From positions 8,976,254 through 9,040,253 of the forward strand of contig CM082583.2 of the NCBI GenBank assembly GCA_040954595.2: 64,000 bases of DNA. Reading direction: 5' to 3'. Position 1 is the stretch's first letter; each line of letters starts with the position of its first letter. The position numbers and the translations under genes are program-made. Positions 11,678 to 24,961 of this stretch are shown in pieces. The stretch comes from Balanoglossus misakiensis. Lineage: Eukaryota > Animalia > Hemichordata. Below the pieces are notes generated by a model. It was not told where the DNA came from. It saw only the letters and a list, made by a program, of their open reading frames with translations, and ran no database searches.

Positions 11678-14489
11678 GTTGGTGAAAATTGCTTCAGCTT
11701 TTGTGCCGAATTTACTGATTATTGATAATACACACCATCATAAGCTGCAAGATCTTGTATGTGCTGTCCAGAGAAAACTTGCAAATGATGCTAGAGTAGA
11801 AAACACTTCAAATAAATGTAGTTTATTTAGTGTCGAAATGCGTGTGTGTTTGTCTTTCAACACCTTACTCACTGACCGTAAGGAGAGGCATAAGATATCA
11901 GTCTCGTTGCTGTTGGATTAATCCTATGCCTCAAGTGGCCTTCAAAGCCAAATAGTTCAACCAGTACCTGCTCTATCAAAAAAAAGTAACAATATCTATT
12001 ACTTTATCTGTCAGACTTTGAGAGCTATCCCCTTGTGGGGGAAAATGCAATAACGTTGTTAATTTTGGCGGTCTAAATGAAAATAATGCATGAATGGCTC
12101 TGAAATTGAATTTCTTCAATCGCAAAGATCATAAAAACTCAAGTGGGGGTAGTAAAAAATATGTCAAAGGCGATTCGACTCTGAAGTCACTGGTTTGAAA
12201 AGCACGGGGAAAGAGATGCCATGGATGTAAATTGATAAGGGTCACTGGAGGGAAATGCAAAGATTAGGGTAATTGAAATTGCAGTGACACTCATATATAT
12301 AGGCAAGTTTCATTTTCCAAATGTGCATGTTTATGAGGGTGTTTTGAAGACCCTGACACTCCTGATTATCAGTGTCTCCTGCAGGACCTTCTGTGCTGAT
12401 AGTTTTTTCTGTAGCCTGCTCCAACGCGGGTCTCATACCAAATTATCGTTAATTACATTATCATATACGGTTGGATGATTCGTTAGCGCCAGAGAGCGTC
12501 TACGGCGACTCTTGGGGCTGTTCCCCTCCTCCGCCTCCTCCCCCCGAGACAGACAAGTTTCTTGATTGTTGGTTTAATGAAGAGCCAGCAGTGAAGGACA
12601 AGGCTGATGCAAACCCGGAGAGTCTGAGGGCAAGGAAGGGGCAGCTTGATGAGCTCTCTGCCGGCAGCATTGGCATCGTACCCAAGTGGTGTAATTCTGC
12701 ATGATTTGTTGCGCATCACAGACCCCAAGTGCCCCTTCCCCCTTCGGCCCTCCAGTCAGCAAAATCCAGTGTCTAATTATTTAGCTCTTTCAGTTGAAGC
12801 CCGGCCTTCTCAATTCTCTCTCTCCCCCACTCATACCGGCATCAGTTACTCCAAATTGCGAGGTAATTACCCCAGGTTTCCTGCCTCGACATGAAAAATT
12901 CATCTTCCAACATCGGGTGCAGTTAGATAATCAAAAGATGGCGAAATTATCAAGCAATTTGGCCCTATCAAATTGAATCTCATGCCCTGTACTTCATTTG
13001 TAAGGCTACTCAGCAAATCAGGGCAGCCTTGAGCAGAACATAATTACCGGGGTATTTTCATATTTTTAGCCACCTTAATTACGAAAATCATAATCATGCC
13101 ATTTTTCAGTCTTCCTTGTTCTATCCAATTAAAAACTTTCAATGTTTCATATTAAAAGCTATTTTTTTCCAACCCGAAATTGTGACTTAATGGTGAAATC
13201 TTTGAAGTGCCATGTCTTTTTTTAGTAAAATTTGTTCAACTCAAGAGAAGGATTCTGTGAGGCTATGATTGTTATTTGTAGTTCCCACAGGCATAGTGTG
13301 AGGTCTTGCGTTCATGACGATGTCTTGAGTCTCAGACGTGCCTGAAAGGGATTTCTTTGAAGTTTTGGCACAAGGAGGTGATACTAGGGAGAGGAGTGGA
13401 CAAATGCACGGTTGATTTGTTTTGTAATCTGATCCAAGATGGCAGCCAGGCAACCATTTCATTACGCGAAAAATTGTTCAAAATGGACACGAAAATTTGT
13501 TCATGTCCAGACCCATTATGAAGACGCGCCCATATGTCCCTGAAATTAATTTTCATATAGTCTCCCACACTGTCATGAAATTTGCGTAAAAAGAATGAAA
13601 ACAGATCGAACAAGACTGAGCAAACACAATCATGCACTCAATGGAATTAAGTGATTCACTCTTAGCTATTCATTTTGAAAATTGAATACCCACTCTGGCA
13701 AAAATTCTGAAAACTTTGTGGGCGTGTTGGAATGCCAACGTTACAGCCCACTGAATGAATGACTGTCTAATGCATGATGATATAATGCAGTGTGGGCGAC
13801 TGCAATTTAGTTCGTTTCACGTTTTTCACATTTAAGAGTCTCAACTCGGACACGTGATTTGAACTTAAAATGTCAGGACAATCCACAGTGTCTTTTAATA
13901 CTCGCGATTACACGTCCCCGCTCTTGCTGCGTGGTTTACACGGATTTCAATTCAATTAGATGTAATTACCGTCTAGTAAGAGCTATATGATGCCTTTTAC
14001 GATGGCTTTCTGCGTCACATGTCTTTTCCCGTATTACACGTGACCACCTGATATTGTGGGATTGTGTGTTAATGATCCGTATACAGTTTCTAGATGAAAA
14101 AGAATGCAAAGGGACTTATTTTTTTAATGTCAACGCTTTAATAGTCCGAGAGTCTGGCTTTAATAATAGTAGAGATTTTTTATCTTCTGTATTAGCTGTA
14201 AATGGAGCAACTTATATGAAACTACTACATAAAATATGTAGTCAGTCTGAATTTCAAACACCCACAACTTCCCTCTGATGGCAAATATGTGAACTAATGA
14301 TTTCCCAAAGCAAACTGAGTTTATATATTCATGTTTACGATGTTTCAGAAAAGTTTTAAAAAATCTGTGCAAACTTTTTTTATAATTTTCCCACATTTTT
14401 TTGTAGATTGTCTACATACGAAACAGTTGCAAAAAATCTGGTGCAGAACAAGTTCTAACTACAATGTTGAATGTTATTACTTTGTGCAG

Positions 14490-14570
14490 GTATATCCGGG
14501 CCCAGAAAGAGAACGAGGTTGGGAAGGGAATTGAGAGGAAAAAAATCAAGGGAGAAGAAAGAGAAGTGTG
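14490..14570 (+). CDS. SMG5: SMG5 coding exon: (R)YIRAQKENEVGKGIERKKIKGEEREV(W)
   Basis: Acceptor tttgtgcag ends at 14489; donor gtgagt at 14571; 81 nt, phase 2 on both sides. Continues the GNR-YIRxQKE motif in frame. Confidence 0.94.
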
Positions 14571-14784
14571 GTGAGTTTAATCTGCATCATCTCAATATCC
14601 TCACATCCCTTGAAGTTGTATTAAAGTTGTACATTTCTGGGTTGGATCAGATCAGATCGATTTCTGCCCCTGAGAAATCAGTATGCTGTGTGTATGCTCA
14701 GGCAGGAGTCCGCGAGTCAGAAGTAGACTGTTTATCTGCACTCGGCTGTTTGATCAATAATGGTTTTGTTTTATTACTTCACAG

Positions 14785-15001
14785 GTGCTTGTATCGAATC
14801 CTAGATTGCTGCAGATACTTTGCCAGCCAGAGCTCCGACTACGACCCCAAAGGGATGGTGACCATTTTGATAAACTACCAGCCGGAAGAGTCGGAAACGC
14901 TGTCTGTCCGCATGAGAGCCGCCATTAAGGCCGCCAACGGGGAAGGAGTGAACGTGGAGTACGCTCCGGACTTCCATGCCAAGTGGAAAAGCCAGGGATG
15001 A
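14785..15001 (+). CDS. SMG5: SMG5 terminal coding exon: (W)CLYRILDCCRYF...DPKGMVTIL...DFHAKWKSQG-stop
   Basis: Acceptor ttattacttcacag ends at 14784; phase 2 joins TG+G to give Trp; TGA ends at 15001. Matches the SMG5 C-terminus (LYKILD, DPSGMVTII, DFYKQWKEIG) with the stop at the equivalent position. Confidence 0.95.
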
Positions 15002-15969
15002 GGGAGAGCCCCCCGGGCGTTGTCACGAAAAGGTAGTGTTGGAAAAATTTGATGTGTTTTCTAGCTGCCCCCCGCCGCGTCAGTGCATTGAGGAAACCGT
15101 GTCTGGATCGTAGTGTTGAGAGAGTGCGAGTCCCGCTGCAGGATTTTCTTTGATGTGTCAAGTCGTCCGATCGAGAAGTGTGAGGTGTCCTCTTATCCGC
15201 TCATCATACGCTCACGCATGCACGCACACATATACTGAGACGTTTTGCCACCTTAGTTTTTTTTTTTAATCTTCCCCCGAGACGGTCCAGAAGGATGCAT
15301 TGGAGACGGATTCATTTCACCACCTCTTGAAATGTGTAAAATCGGTGTACACTGTCATGGGGGTCGAAATTGGAGTCATGGCTGATTTTGCCGCAAACCG
15401 TGGTTATCACACAACACGTCAGTGTACCTTGTGTTCCCCACCTAGAGTAAACAACAACAACAAGTGTAGGGTTCGATCCACCTATAGCACACTTGCAATC
15501 TGCGTTGCTACACCTGGGATTCTCCTCCTAGGACTATTGACGTCTGCTGTAAAGTCAGCCATGGAATGCCGCAGTCGGGACGAATCGAAAAGTGTGGATG
15601 CAAGGAAATATTGTGAACGCAAGCAACTCATCTATGAGGCTATTTCTGTGTGGACTTGAGCAGTACTAAGTAACTGTTGTATCACAATGCCACGAGCCAG
15701 TGACTTTTGAAAAAAAAACATTACATAGCCAAGATAAACACAGGTGAAATAGTGTGGTGATGGGAGTAGTTCAACATTTGTATTTTATTATAAAAAGGGG
15801 TTTACAGCCCTGCTGATGTGATAGTCAAGAGAAGTTGCTGAAAGTGGGTAGCGCCACGTAATGCCTTTGGTATGGAAATCATGCAGTCATTAGAGGGAGT
15901 CGCGAGTAAATGAGAAAGCAGAAACTTCGGAGATAGTCATCAAGATCATCAAAGATACAGAGGCTGTCA

Positions 15970-16415
15970 TTAGTCCTTACTGGATGGAGTCCACAGTGGG
16001 GACATATAGATTGTGGTCTGTGTGGCTGTGTGTGGCCAACCATCCATCCAGTTGTGCATTTTTATGACCGCCATGCCAGTAGTTGTTTACATTTTCAATC
16101 GGCCATTTTGTTTTCTGTTCAGTACATCCGAAGCCTTACTGAGACATGACGTTTTTTGATTACCTGCATTTGCATCATGCGTTCCATGATTTACATATGC
16201 CCATATATGGTTGCACGGGCGTGTCTGAGTCTTCTAATGACCATGTGATGGTGCCCCTTTTCTCACATGGCCACTTGAAGTGAAAACCTGTGATTGGCTA
16301 GCCTTCCACTTTCCATGGTAAATGTGGCTTAATTTGCATAAATTACCATATGCCTTAAATAATAGCATCCAGTCATTTTGTGCAGCGGAGACTATGTCAT
16401 CAATAGTGACTCATT
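15970..16415 (+). mobile_element. Degenerate HINE-like element inside the putative SMG5 3' UTR
   Basis: 5' ttagtcc start with imperfect inverted repeat gtccttactgga (15973-15984) / tccacagtggggac (15990-16003), then a decayed microsatellite. The 3' end has gcggagactat followed by the small hairpin gtcat-caata-gtgac (16396-16410) and a T-run. Confidence 0.55.
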
Positions 16416-16771
16416 TTACTATAAAAAAATACGCTAACAGTATTGTAGACTGATTGTGTTCATAACTATCAATAAATGACACCTAACAACCATGTGCAGA
16501 TAAATTCGGAATATTGAAAGTGACTGATGGCTTCTCGCGTTATCTACATTTTTTTTTCCTGGTGCATCATCTGCAATTATATCCTAGGAATGGGAAGATA
16601 AGGCTAGATGTTAATGTCAGTGCAACTGATATCGGGTAGAATATAGTGATGTACGCCTCTACTTAGAAAAAAAAATGGGACTGTTATCTGCACTTCAATT
16701 TACTAATGCTGCTTTTAGTTTGACTTTTTGTTATTTTTATCTCAGATCAACTTGTCAAGTAGAACATCGCA

Positions 16772-16777
16772 AATAAA
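16772..16777 (+). promoter_or_regulatory. Candidate polyadenylation signal AATAAA (alternatives at 16471 and 18175)
   Basis: AATAAA with a T-rich upstream region and downstream ggtgtagtgtttctggaacatgtgtgcttgt. Confidence 0.45.
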
Positions 16778-16974
16778 AGAATAATTTATAGAAAGGTGAA
16801 AGGTGTAGTGTTTCTGGAACATGTGTGCTTGTACCACGAAGCGCTGAGTGCTGTGGTGATCAAGGTCATAGTTCATACTGATGACTAGGGTCAAAGTTCA
16901 TGAACTATGATATTTGATCAGGGATGTGGTGGAGCAAATATGTGTGGAGTGCATGTTCGCAATTTGTGAATTTT

Positions 16975-17048
16975 AAGCAAAAAAGTTGCCTTGAGCAAAT
17001 GTTAGAAACATTTTCAGACTTTGATTTTTGAGGCACATACTACCTTAA
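16975..17048. mobile_element. Possible single end of a TTAA-flanked non-autonomous DNA transposon (Kolobok-like)
   Basis: Ends gaggcacatactacc-TTAA. No partner end found nearby; the family assignment is from recollection of similar repeat ends and is unverified. Confidence 0.3.
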
Positions 17049-20000
17049 AGCACCACACTGCATTGAGCCTGTTCAAAGAAACTGTCTGTTCTGTACCTGG
17101 GAATCCCATTGCCACTCAATTACAGATGTTCCCCAGAGTTAGCTTTAATGGTGAATGACACCAAGTATCCTGCATTTAGTCTGTTTATCCTTTCTTCTCT
17201 GTTTGCTAATTTGGACCGATGGGATTTCTCAGTTTACAGCACACGGCGCAGTTTTCAAATCGATCTTGCACAGTTTCCCCCAACAAAGAAAAAAACATTC
17301 CTTTTACCTTCTTTAGGGTCACCGGAAATCGATACTGTATAGTGTTACAGAGACCATCCTTTGCGTTCAACCACAACGATCACAGAATTTGATGCGTGAA
17401 ATTTGGGGCTTGTACATCTCTGAACCACACGCTTTTATCAACAGAGGACCAAAGAGTGATGAGAAATTAGTTTACTTGTTCTGGTCTTTGATGTCGTACG
17501 ATATGCAATTCAACCTTTCTCTTTGAAATCCCATTAATGGACTACAGTATTAATTTTCATTTTTTCTTCCATTTTCATTTTGCCCTTTCGTGAACCAAAT
17601 CAACAATTCTCAATAACAGAAACATCCATCACGGCGCATGAAGACAGATGATTAAACTATAGAGGGCAGGGTTTTTAATAGCGCGCTTCTTGCACAACAT
17701 GGCCATCTTGTTTCAGTGACCTGTTAACGATATTCACGAGTTAGTTAATATCATGATGTCCTCCACAGATGTAGCTGCGGGGTAAATGCTAAATTCAAAT
17801 CAATCTCCGGCAGCTGATGATTTCTCATATTCCGTCTGAGTTTCCGATCTTTTCCAAGGATGCCTGACTGACATCCACGTCCTTCAGAAATCGCTAATGC
17901 CATGTTTTCGCGATCCGTGCTCGCAAAGACGTCGTTTTTTTTTTACTGAACGAATGGCCTATGCTGCCCCTTTGATGCAGATTTCATTTACTCGAAAATC
18001 GCCTTCCTTAGGGCTAGAGTTTGTCTGAACCATTTTTTTTTATGTCAATGCATTTCCATGATCCCAGGGGGACTGACAAGTGTCCCAAGGCCAGTGAAAA
18101 TTCATAATACGGTTGCTGTTCTGATCGCGTACGCAGACAAGGTTTTAATTTTGATTTCGGTGAGATTGTTAATGAATAAATTTCAATATGTGATGAGTGT
18201 TTAATTCAAAGATGTTATTAGGTGCAAAAATATACATGGAGTAAACTAAACAGCTCCGAATACAGATTTCTCGTGAAGAAATTCCGTATTTGAAGAATTG
18301 TATCAGACTGTCTGGAAATTTGTAAAATCAATCTATGAGAACACTGGAAGTAGAATGCTATATAACGATTATATGAATGTCCATGGCTTGTTTATGATCG
18401 AAAATAATTCTCTTTTGTCTTACGCATTTGTGGAATTTTGCATATTTAAACATTTGGAAATTATTGACTATGGGCAGATAACATGCGATTTTGACGAAAG
18501 CATGCGCAAAATGCTAATAGGTGTATGTTTTGTTGGGGAACGAGTCGCAAACGCTTCTATTCGTGATTTCTTTATTTTTCCCGCCCGTTAATGCCTACTT
18601 TGTGGACACACGCCCCTAAAGTGATGTCATCCGCGAGGGCAACCGCTTGTGAAAACAAAGTGTGATAAAAAAAAAAGCGTCAGCAAGACCGGGCACTGGA
18701 GATACGCTTCTCCTCCCAATGGTTTTTAGGAGTGCCATGTCGAAATAAAAGTGCTTCTTCAATCTTTAATCACTCGGGATCTCATAACGGTACAAAGTAT
18801 TACTGCCGCCAGAGGCGAAATTCATTATCAGTCCCAAATTCCCCGATTTTATGCATGAAATATACCCAATTGGCAATGTGTTATTAACCTCTCTGACACT
18901 GATTTTTTTCTGCTCAGTCTCACGGGTACTGATTTGTTATTCTTAGCTTGAGTAATGGGGTCTGTATCTTGCATATCTGTGCTTTATTTCAATTCCTCGG
19001 GCTAGTGATTACCCAGTAAGCTGTAACAACTCCTGCCTCCGGTCCCCCAGCCCAAATGAGTCAAATTTGATCGCAGACTGGCTCCTGGCCATGCTTTGTG
19101 CACACTGCAATCGAGTATTGCATTATGGAATATTTGATAAGAGCCAAATTCACTTCCATTCAATCATTTCTGCCTGCCTCTCTGCGCACTTTGATTCTTT
19201 TTCCACTATATTTATGCCCCCGTGTCTCTCCAAGGAGCTCTCTTCATCCGCCGTCGCCATGGCAATGGTAACTACCGTAATTGCTCTATTAGCTCAACCG
19301 TGTACGAAAAAAAAGAGAAAAATATCTCAATTTATCCGAGACACAATTACCGGCTGAAATAAATTTAGTAATTGAATTGATGGGATCGCCGCATGAATGT
19401 AATTTTTGGCCGACTCTCTAAACATATGCCCTGTTTACTTAAAGCTATTTTGTTCGGGAAAAAGATTTGATTTGCCGACTCTTAAGGAGTGCTTGTCCTG
19501 CGGTTCAAAGTACCACCCGCAACTCGCGCGTCATTCAATGGTGATGAAACACAGTTTTCAACACATTCTTGTTATTTCCACTCTGTTCGAGCTGAACGCT
19601 CAGTCAGCGCCGGTGTTTAAAGATGCTTCGTCACCGTTAGTGTTAAAGACACATTACCTTTAATTTTTGTAAAACATGTTAAGCTCTTTGTGTATGCTCC
19701 AACAAGTCAACATTTGTCCCTGAGCTTGAAACCAACGGTCTTGGAATTATGGTGGCTCGCCTACATTTAATGCCCGCCATTTTTATTGAAAACCAATCAG
19801 CATGCAGAGAGCCGCGGCAGTGATTTGCATCAAACCATTAAATTCAAATTTGGTAAAAAAAAATTCACCTGCTTGATGTTAATAAACCTTAATATCACGA
19901 TAAAAAAGTTATCAATATCAGCCGGCAGTCTTCAATCCGACATCGGGCGGTTGTTTTGTAGATAAAATTAAAAAACCTCATACTGGGTAGGCATTGCGGA

Positions 20001-22434
20001 AGACACGTTTCATTGGACACTTTGCTTTGAACAGAAAACAGGAACTGCTGTCAGGATGTTGGGCTTGATGAGCTCTCAGGACCACTACCCAGTGAATAGT
20101 TTTTATTTTTCAAATGTGACATTAACACAGTATTTGTCGTGTTTTCCCCCCATTATTCCTGACAGCAGTGGCCGTCATTCTGTAAGTGGATTGATAGACA
20201 CGTCAGAAGAGAATGCACTTTGAAACACTTTACATTAGTCGTGGTTGGTGTAAAGAAATGCAGAAAGAATACTGTAAAACTACGAGTGTTAAATGCTGAT
20301 ATCTTTAATCATTTCGTATGGGCATTCCTGTTTTTTTTTTCTCTCTCTGTCAACAGGACTGAAAAAGTCAACCCACTGGAATCAGTGGCGGTATTGTGCA
20401 GCTTTAATCTGACGACAATGAGCCTGTTGCCCGGTATGAGATTGTTAACAAAGACGGGATAAGTCAGGGATTTTGAGATAAAAAAAATCGCCACTTGTGC
20501 CCAAAACACACACTGTGGAGAGGCATTGAAAGTACCTTTCAAGAGAAAAACAAAAGTCTTTGTTACGCATTTAATAAAGGCTCAATATACATAGACACCC
20601 CCACCTCAACAGCTGTGACGACGCTTCTGTTGGTATAAATAATCCCCCCGTCTGTACGGAATCGACGGACAGGCATGTTTGCCCCGGCTTCGCCCAATTG
20701 AATCCCGCACACCTGTGAGATAATCATTGCGTGTTTTATACTTTCAGACAGATAACAGAAGTCGTGATTGTTGGAGGGGGAAATGTTCAGTTGTAAACCG
20801 CCATTTTTTTTTTGTCTCTCCCTACTTTGTCAGACGAGCGGTGCCTGGTTACAAGAAGATTCTGCAACATGTTCACTGGAGATAAGGGGTGCCTGATGAG
20901 GTTAATCTAGCTAGTGATCGGCACCCTTTGTTTGATGACTTAAGCTTAGCGAATTTACAGTAGATGGAATAGGTAAATCAGATTGGCTGGTCACAGATGT
21001 GATATTTAAAAAAAAAATAATAGAAATGCCAATGTTTAAAATTTTAAACAAACTCTGCCTGGGTAATCGGATTGGCGAGGCAATGTAACCTACTAAAATG
21101 TCCGCTATAACTGTCGACAAATGCAAATGGTACAGTCAAATGGAAATTAAATATTTGTAATTCTCGTTTAACTCTTCTAGTGTACGTTGTTTGCACGGCT
21201 AGTCAAACAGATCATCTGATTGGCGATTTGAGATTCGGTGCACTTTTATAAGCTCAGCAGAAATAAAACACACCGAATGAATGTCTGTGATCACCCAACG
21301 TTTATTACATCAAAGCGTGTGATCAGGACGATAATTTCGTCTGCGTACGACAGTGGCAGTACGGTCGATGGGGACAGCGGTGTTTGATAGTAGATATGTC
21401 ATACTGAAAATGCTCGTTAAAATATACGAGTGTTTTTCCTGTTGTTACGGGGAGTTTGTAAATTGTGCGGCAAAAGTTCATATACCTGTTTCAAGAGGTG
21501 CACTTTGACGTGGTTTACACAGGATTTATGTACTGAGTACATACTGTCACGTGTGTAAGTGCTGTTTGCCGTGATAGACACACTGCTGCTTTATTGCGAG
21601 TCGTATTGCTGGAACACATTGACCATCATCTACAAAACGTGTACAAAAAAATCAAAGATTCACATTTCAGCTGAAAGGAAATCAACACACACTGCTGTTT
21701 TGATTTTTCTTTGGAATTTATATTTGTGATCATTTCATTGTCATTTTCAGGAAAAGTATTGTATCCTGTGAAATGTTTTATTAGCCAGGCCACTATTATT
21801 GACAAATTCTGTGGGGGAGGGGGTAAATTTAAGACTGGTATGGTTATACTTTATGGGATGGTTGTATTTTATCCCTCCCAAAGTAAGTACAGAAAATTCC
21901 TTAACTGAGCTTTTGGCATATGTAAACAGGTAAAGTTACCATCATTTGTCTCGTTTTATTTTTGTTTCGCAGGATGAGTTATTTATGTTGATTCATTGGG
22001 TGAAATGTGATGAATCATTAGCTATTTAAAGTGTTGCAACCACCCAGCATCACACGCACACAAAAAAAGAAATGTTAAATATTTTGGAGACATGATTCAT
22101 GACGCATACCAGAAAGTGATATCATCGGTGTATTTACATTGTGCGTCTCTGTGTATAGGCTTGTGGCGAGAATTCCATTGGGCGATAACTCATGATTGTT
22201 TTCCCTGAGCGGGCCAACATCATTTTTTTTGTGCGTGTGTGAAACCAAACCAATCAAAATGTTGACAATAGGTGACGTGACACTGCCTTTTAAATCATTG
22301 TGATTACAGGACAGTGGAGCAGAGTACGCTTCCCCCCCTCTGGGTTCATAATGATGGAACAACCCACCTGTCACAGTGTTCCGTGACCCGATTGTGTACT
22401 TGGACTTGCAGGCTTAGCTCCGGTGTGATTCTAA

Positions 22435-22519
22435 CCCTTTCACCACCATGGTTTGGCCCGAATTCATTGCTCTGTAATGTAGACTTTGAGCTCTACAGAT
22501 GGAAATTGAGGTGAAAGGG
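22435..22519 (+). mobile_element. piggyBac-like MITE, about 85 bp (copy 1)
   Basis: Perfect 12-bp inverted repeat aaccctttcacc / ggtgaaagggtt with CCC..GGG termini and decayed TTAA flanks (ctaa, tttg). The interior aligns with the reverse complement of 35918-36003. Confidence 0.7.
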
Positions 22520-24902
22520 TTTGAGCTTAAAGTTAAAACAAACTCAGGGAAATAATTATACACTTTGTAGGACTACCGGTAAAATGCATCATTCATACCA
22601 TGAATGTGTGGTGTAAAATGCAAATGTTACCAAGTAATGGAAATAATCGCGAGACGTGCCCATTCGAATATCTGCTCTATCGTGAAGAAATGACTTAAAA
22701 CAGAATGTATTAACGTAGATAGGAAGCTGTCAGTGCTATTGTACGTGTGAACTCAAAAAAAGTGAATTGAAGTGAATCACTGATGGATTTGGGGGGGGGG
22801 GGGGGGGGGGGGTAGAAGAGAGAAAAATAATACGCCCATCACCGGCTTGTTAGTCGCCACGAGACCCCCTTTTGATTGACAAGGTGTACGGAAATGTGAT
22901 TGAAAGCGATGAGGTCGGCCGGGTCACGTTGGTTACTGAATTACACAGAGGGATCATAAATACAACGGGTGATATGATCATAATTGAATCTGGAAATCTG
23001 CATATTGCAGCCATACATACATGTGTGTTTGGGGAGGGGTTTTAGGCAGCGATGTTGATTCTGTGTGAACTGCACAGTGAAAGGATGAAACAGATGGCGT
23101 GCTAAACCAATGAAATCTGTCTGTCCTCAAAAAAATAAATCCAGAAAACTTGTTTGTATAGAAAGCAAGCAGATGTAAATCGCTCAAATTTAATGCAAAT
23201 GAAATAATTCCTGTTAAACCGTGTATTTCATTTCTGAACGTACAGACAGGGCAAGCAAAATGTGACGTTTATTTGTTTAATGAGGGCCCCGTAAAAAAAA
23301 CCTATGATGAATAAGTAATAAAGTGGAGTATTTGCAATGAACAGATTCGGGATTTTTTTTTTTTTAATCAGACGACTTTGATTCTGGGAGTGCCCCCTCC
23401 ACCTCATCTATAACCCTCTTGCGTGCGTAGACACACAATGAAATGTATTCCCCTGGGACGCTGCGGCGCAAAATGGTGTTGTGTGGCGTGCCGTTCAAAA
23501 GTGGCAGCTGAAAAACGTTTAGGGCGCTCTTTGTTAGTTTTGTCGGGAGTGATGAATCCCTGGCATTGGTGACATGTCAAAGTCTGCGCCCATTGGAAAT
23601 TCGACGCACGGATCAGCGTAGGCTCTTCGGAAATGCATGAGCGAGCAGTTTTATTCCTTGCTATGCACCGTCCATTTGCCATTTTTCTTTCCTTTTTTTT
23701 TTCATGATTGAATTGTTTAGCGTGTGATTATGCCGGACTTATGAGAGCTTTGCATTCTGATTCTGCAGTGTGCGCTGAAAAATTGATGCCACCGCCTGCC
23801 GGCACAGGGATCACGTCGTGCTAACATATTTCATCTCGGAACATTTGAACTTTTGTCTGTCGAAAATGCGCCGTCGAGTGTTTGAAACTCTGGGGACAGA
23901 TGGTGGTGCGCATGCAGCCTAAAAAAAATTCAACCGTGAAGGAAAAATAATTGCAAGCTCGTTTTTGACTTGATTGGAAGAGACACTTTTGACGCATGGT
24001 CCGTTATCGCTTCATGTTTCGTATGGGAGAAATTGGATGTTTTTTACCAATATAAAGATATGTGATTGTGGGTCTGTTTTTGTTTCCATTTTAATACTTC
24101 TGTTCGAATTTTTTTTTTAAATGATGCACGTCATTTGCAGAAGCTTGTGAGGACTGTGTCATCGGTGATGATTTTCTCCTGTTTTCATCTCGAAGGCTGT
24201 ACATATTTTACACGCATGGGGTGCTTTATACGCACGCATAGCTGAACACCGTCTGAGTTTGCATATATGGGCAGTGGACGTTGAAAATGCCTTGAGCCTG
24301 CGATGTTAGAGTCCATTCAGGTGATTTTTGCCTGGCTGGTGATCTGCATCCCACAAGTCATAAATAAATAGGGCTTTTGTGATGGAGACACGTCGGCATG
24401 TTGACCGCACCGTGTCATAAACGCTTGTCTGCGCTCACAAAAATATACTAAAAAACAACAACATCGGTATTGTCAAAATGCCATCGTAACCCCACCACAA
24501 TGCTTTTTTTTTCACGCAGTGTAGTTTTTATCGCTAGTTGGTTTGCAACGGTCTGTTGCACGCATGAAATTGTTTTTCTGACTTTTTTTTTGTCAGCTGA
24601 CCTGTTGAGATGTTTCTCAGACTGTGGCAGGTAAAATCAGATCTTCTTTATTGATGCAGATTGCTTTTACACACAAGAATCGTATACAAGAGACACAGCG
24701 GTTGATGTCGGTACCAAGTACATTCACTTTTGCGGCATGTGTTTGTGACTAATAGGGTTATCCCCGCTCAACGACAAAAAAAAAATGGCAAGGCGGCTGT
24801 ACCCTTTTCCCCGTGTAATAGGATTAGATGAGTGTGCTTTAGTCTTTAACAGTCTATAGCTGCGGTCATGGAGTGGGTGGAATCACTCAGCTAGAGCTTT
24901 TA

Positions 24903-24961
24903 CGTATCCCGCCACCAGTGCAGAATCAAACAGCGAGTCTCTTCGTATCCCGCCACCAGTG
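24903..24961. repeat. Perfect 18-bp direct repeat cgtatcccgccaccagtg, two copies 23 bp apart
   Basis: Copies at 24903-24920 and 24944-24961. Confidence 0.9.

Larger units (their letters stand above)
15002..16800 (+). other. SMG5: Putative SMG5 3' UTR (end uncertain)
   Basis: Follows the stop codon. The first AATAAA I can see is at 16471; a second at 16772 is followed by a GT-rich tract at about 16802-16832. End point is inferred. Confidence 0.5.

Noticed and set aside
12471-12704. GC-rich, protein-looking ORF (DDSLAPESVYGDSWGCSPPPPPPP...) in an SMG5 intron
   Set aside because: No ATG, no recognisable family, weak splice signals. The proline run derives from a cct/ccc low-complexity patch.
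14471-15001. 176-aa ORF as a single-exon gene
   Set aside because: Only 14785-15001 is SMG5 coding in that frame. The upstream part is intron plus an exon read in a different frame.
14999-15052. Possible stop-codon readthrough or selenocysteine at the SMG5 TGA (small hairpin follows)
   Set aside because: The stop is at the position homologous to vertebrate SMG5, the context is not the leaky TGA-C, and I see no SECIS.
15461-15495. Hairpin with ggttcgatcc loop resembling a tRNA T-arm or SINE B-box
   Set aside because: No A-box, cloverleaf or SINE body nearby.
24903-24961. CRISPR-like repeat-spacer-repeat
   Set aside because: Only two 18-bp copies, eukaryotic context and no cas genes.
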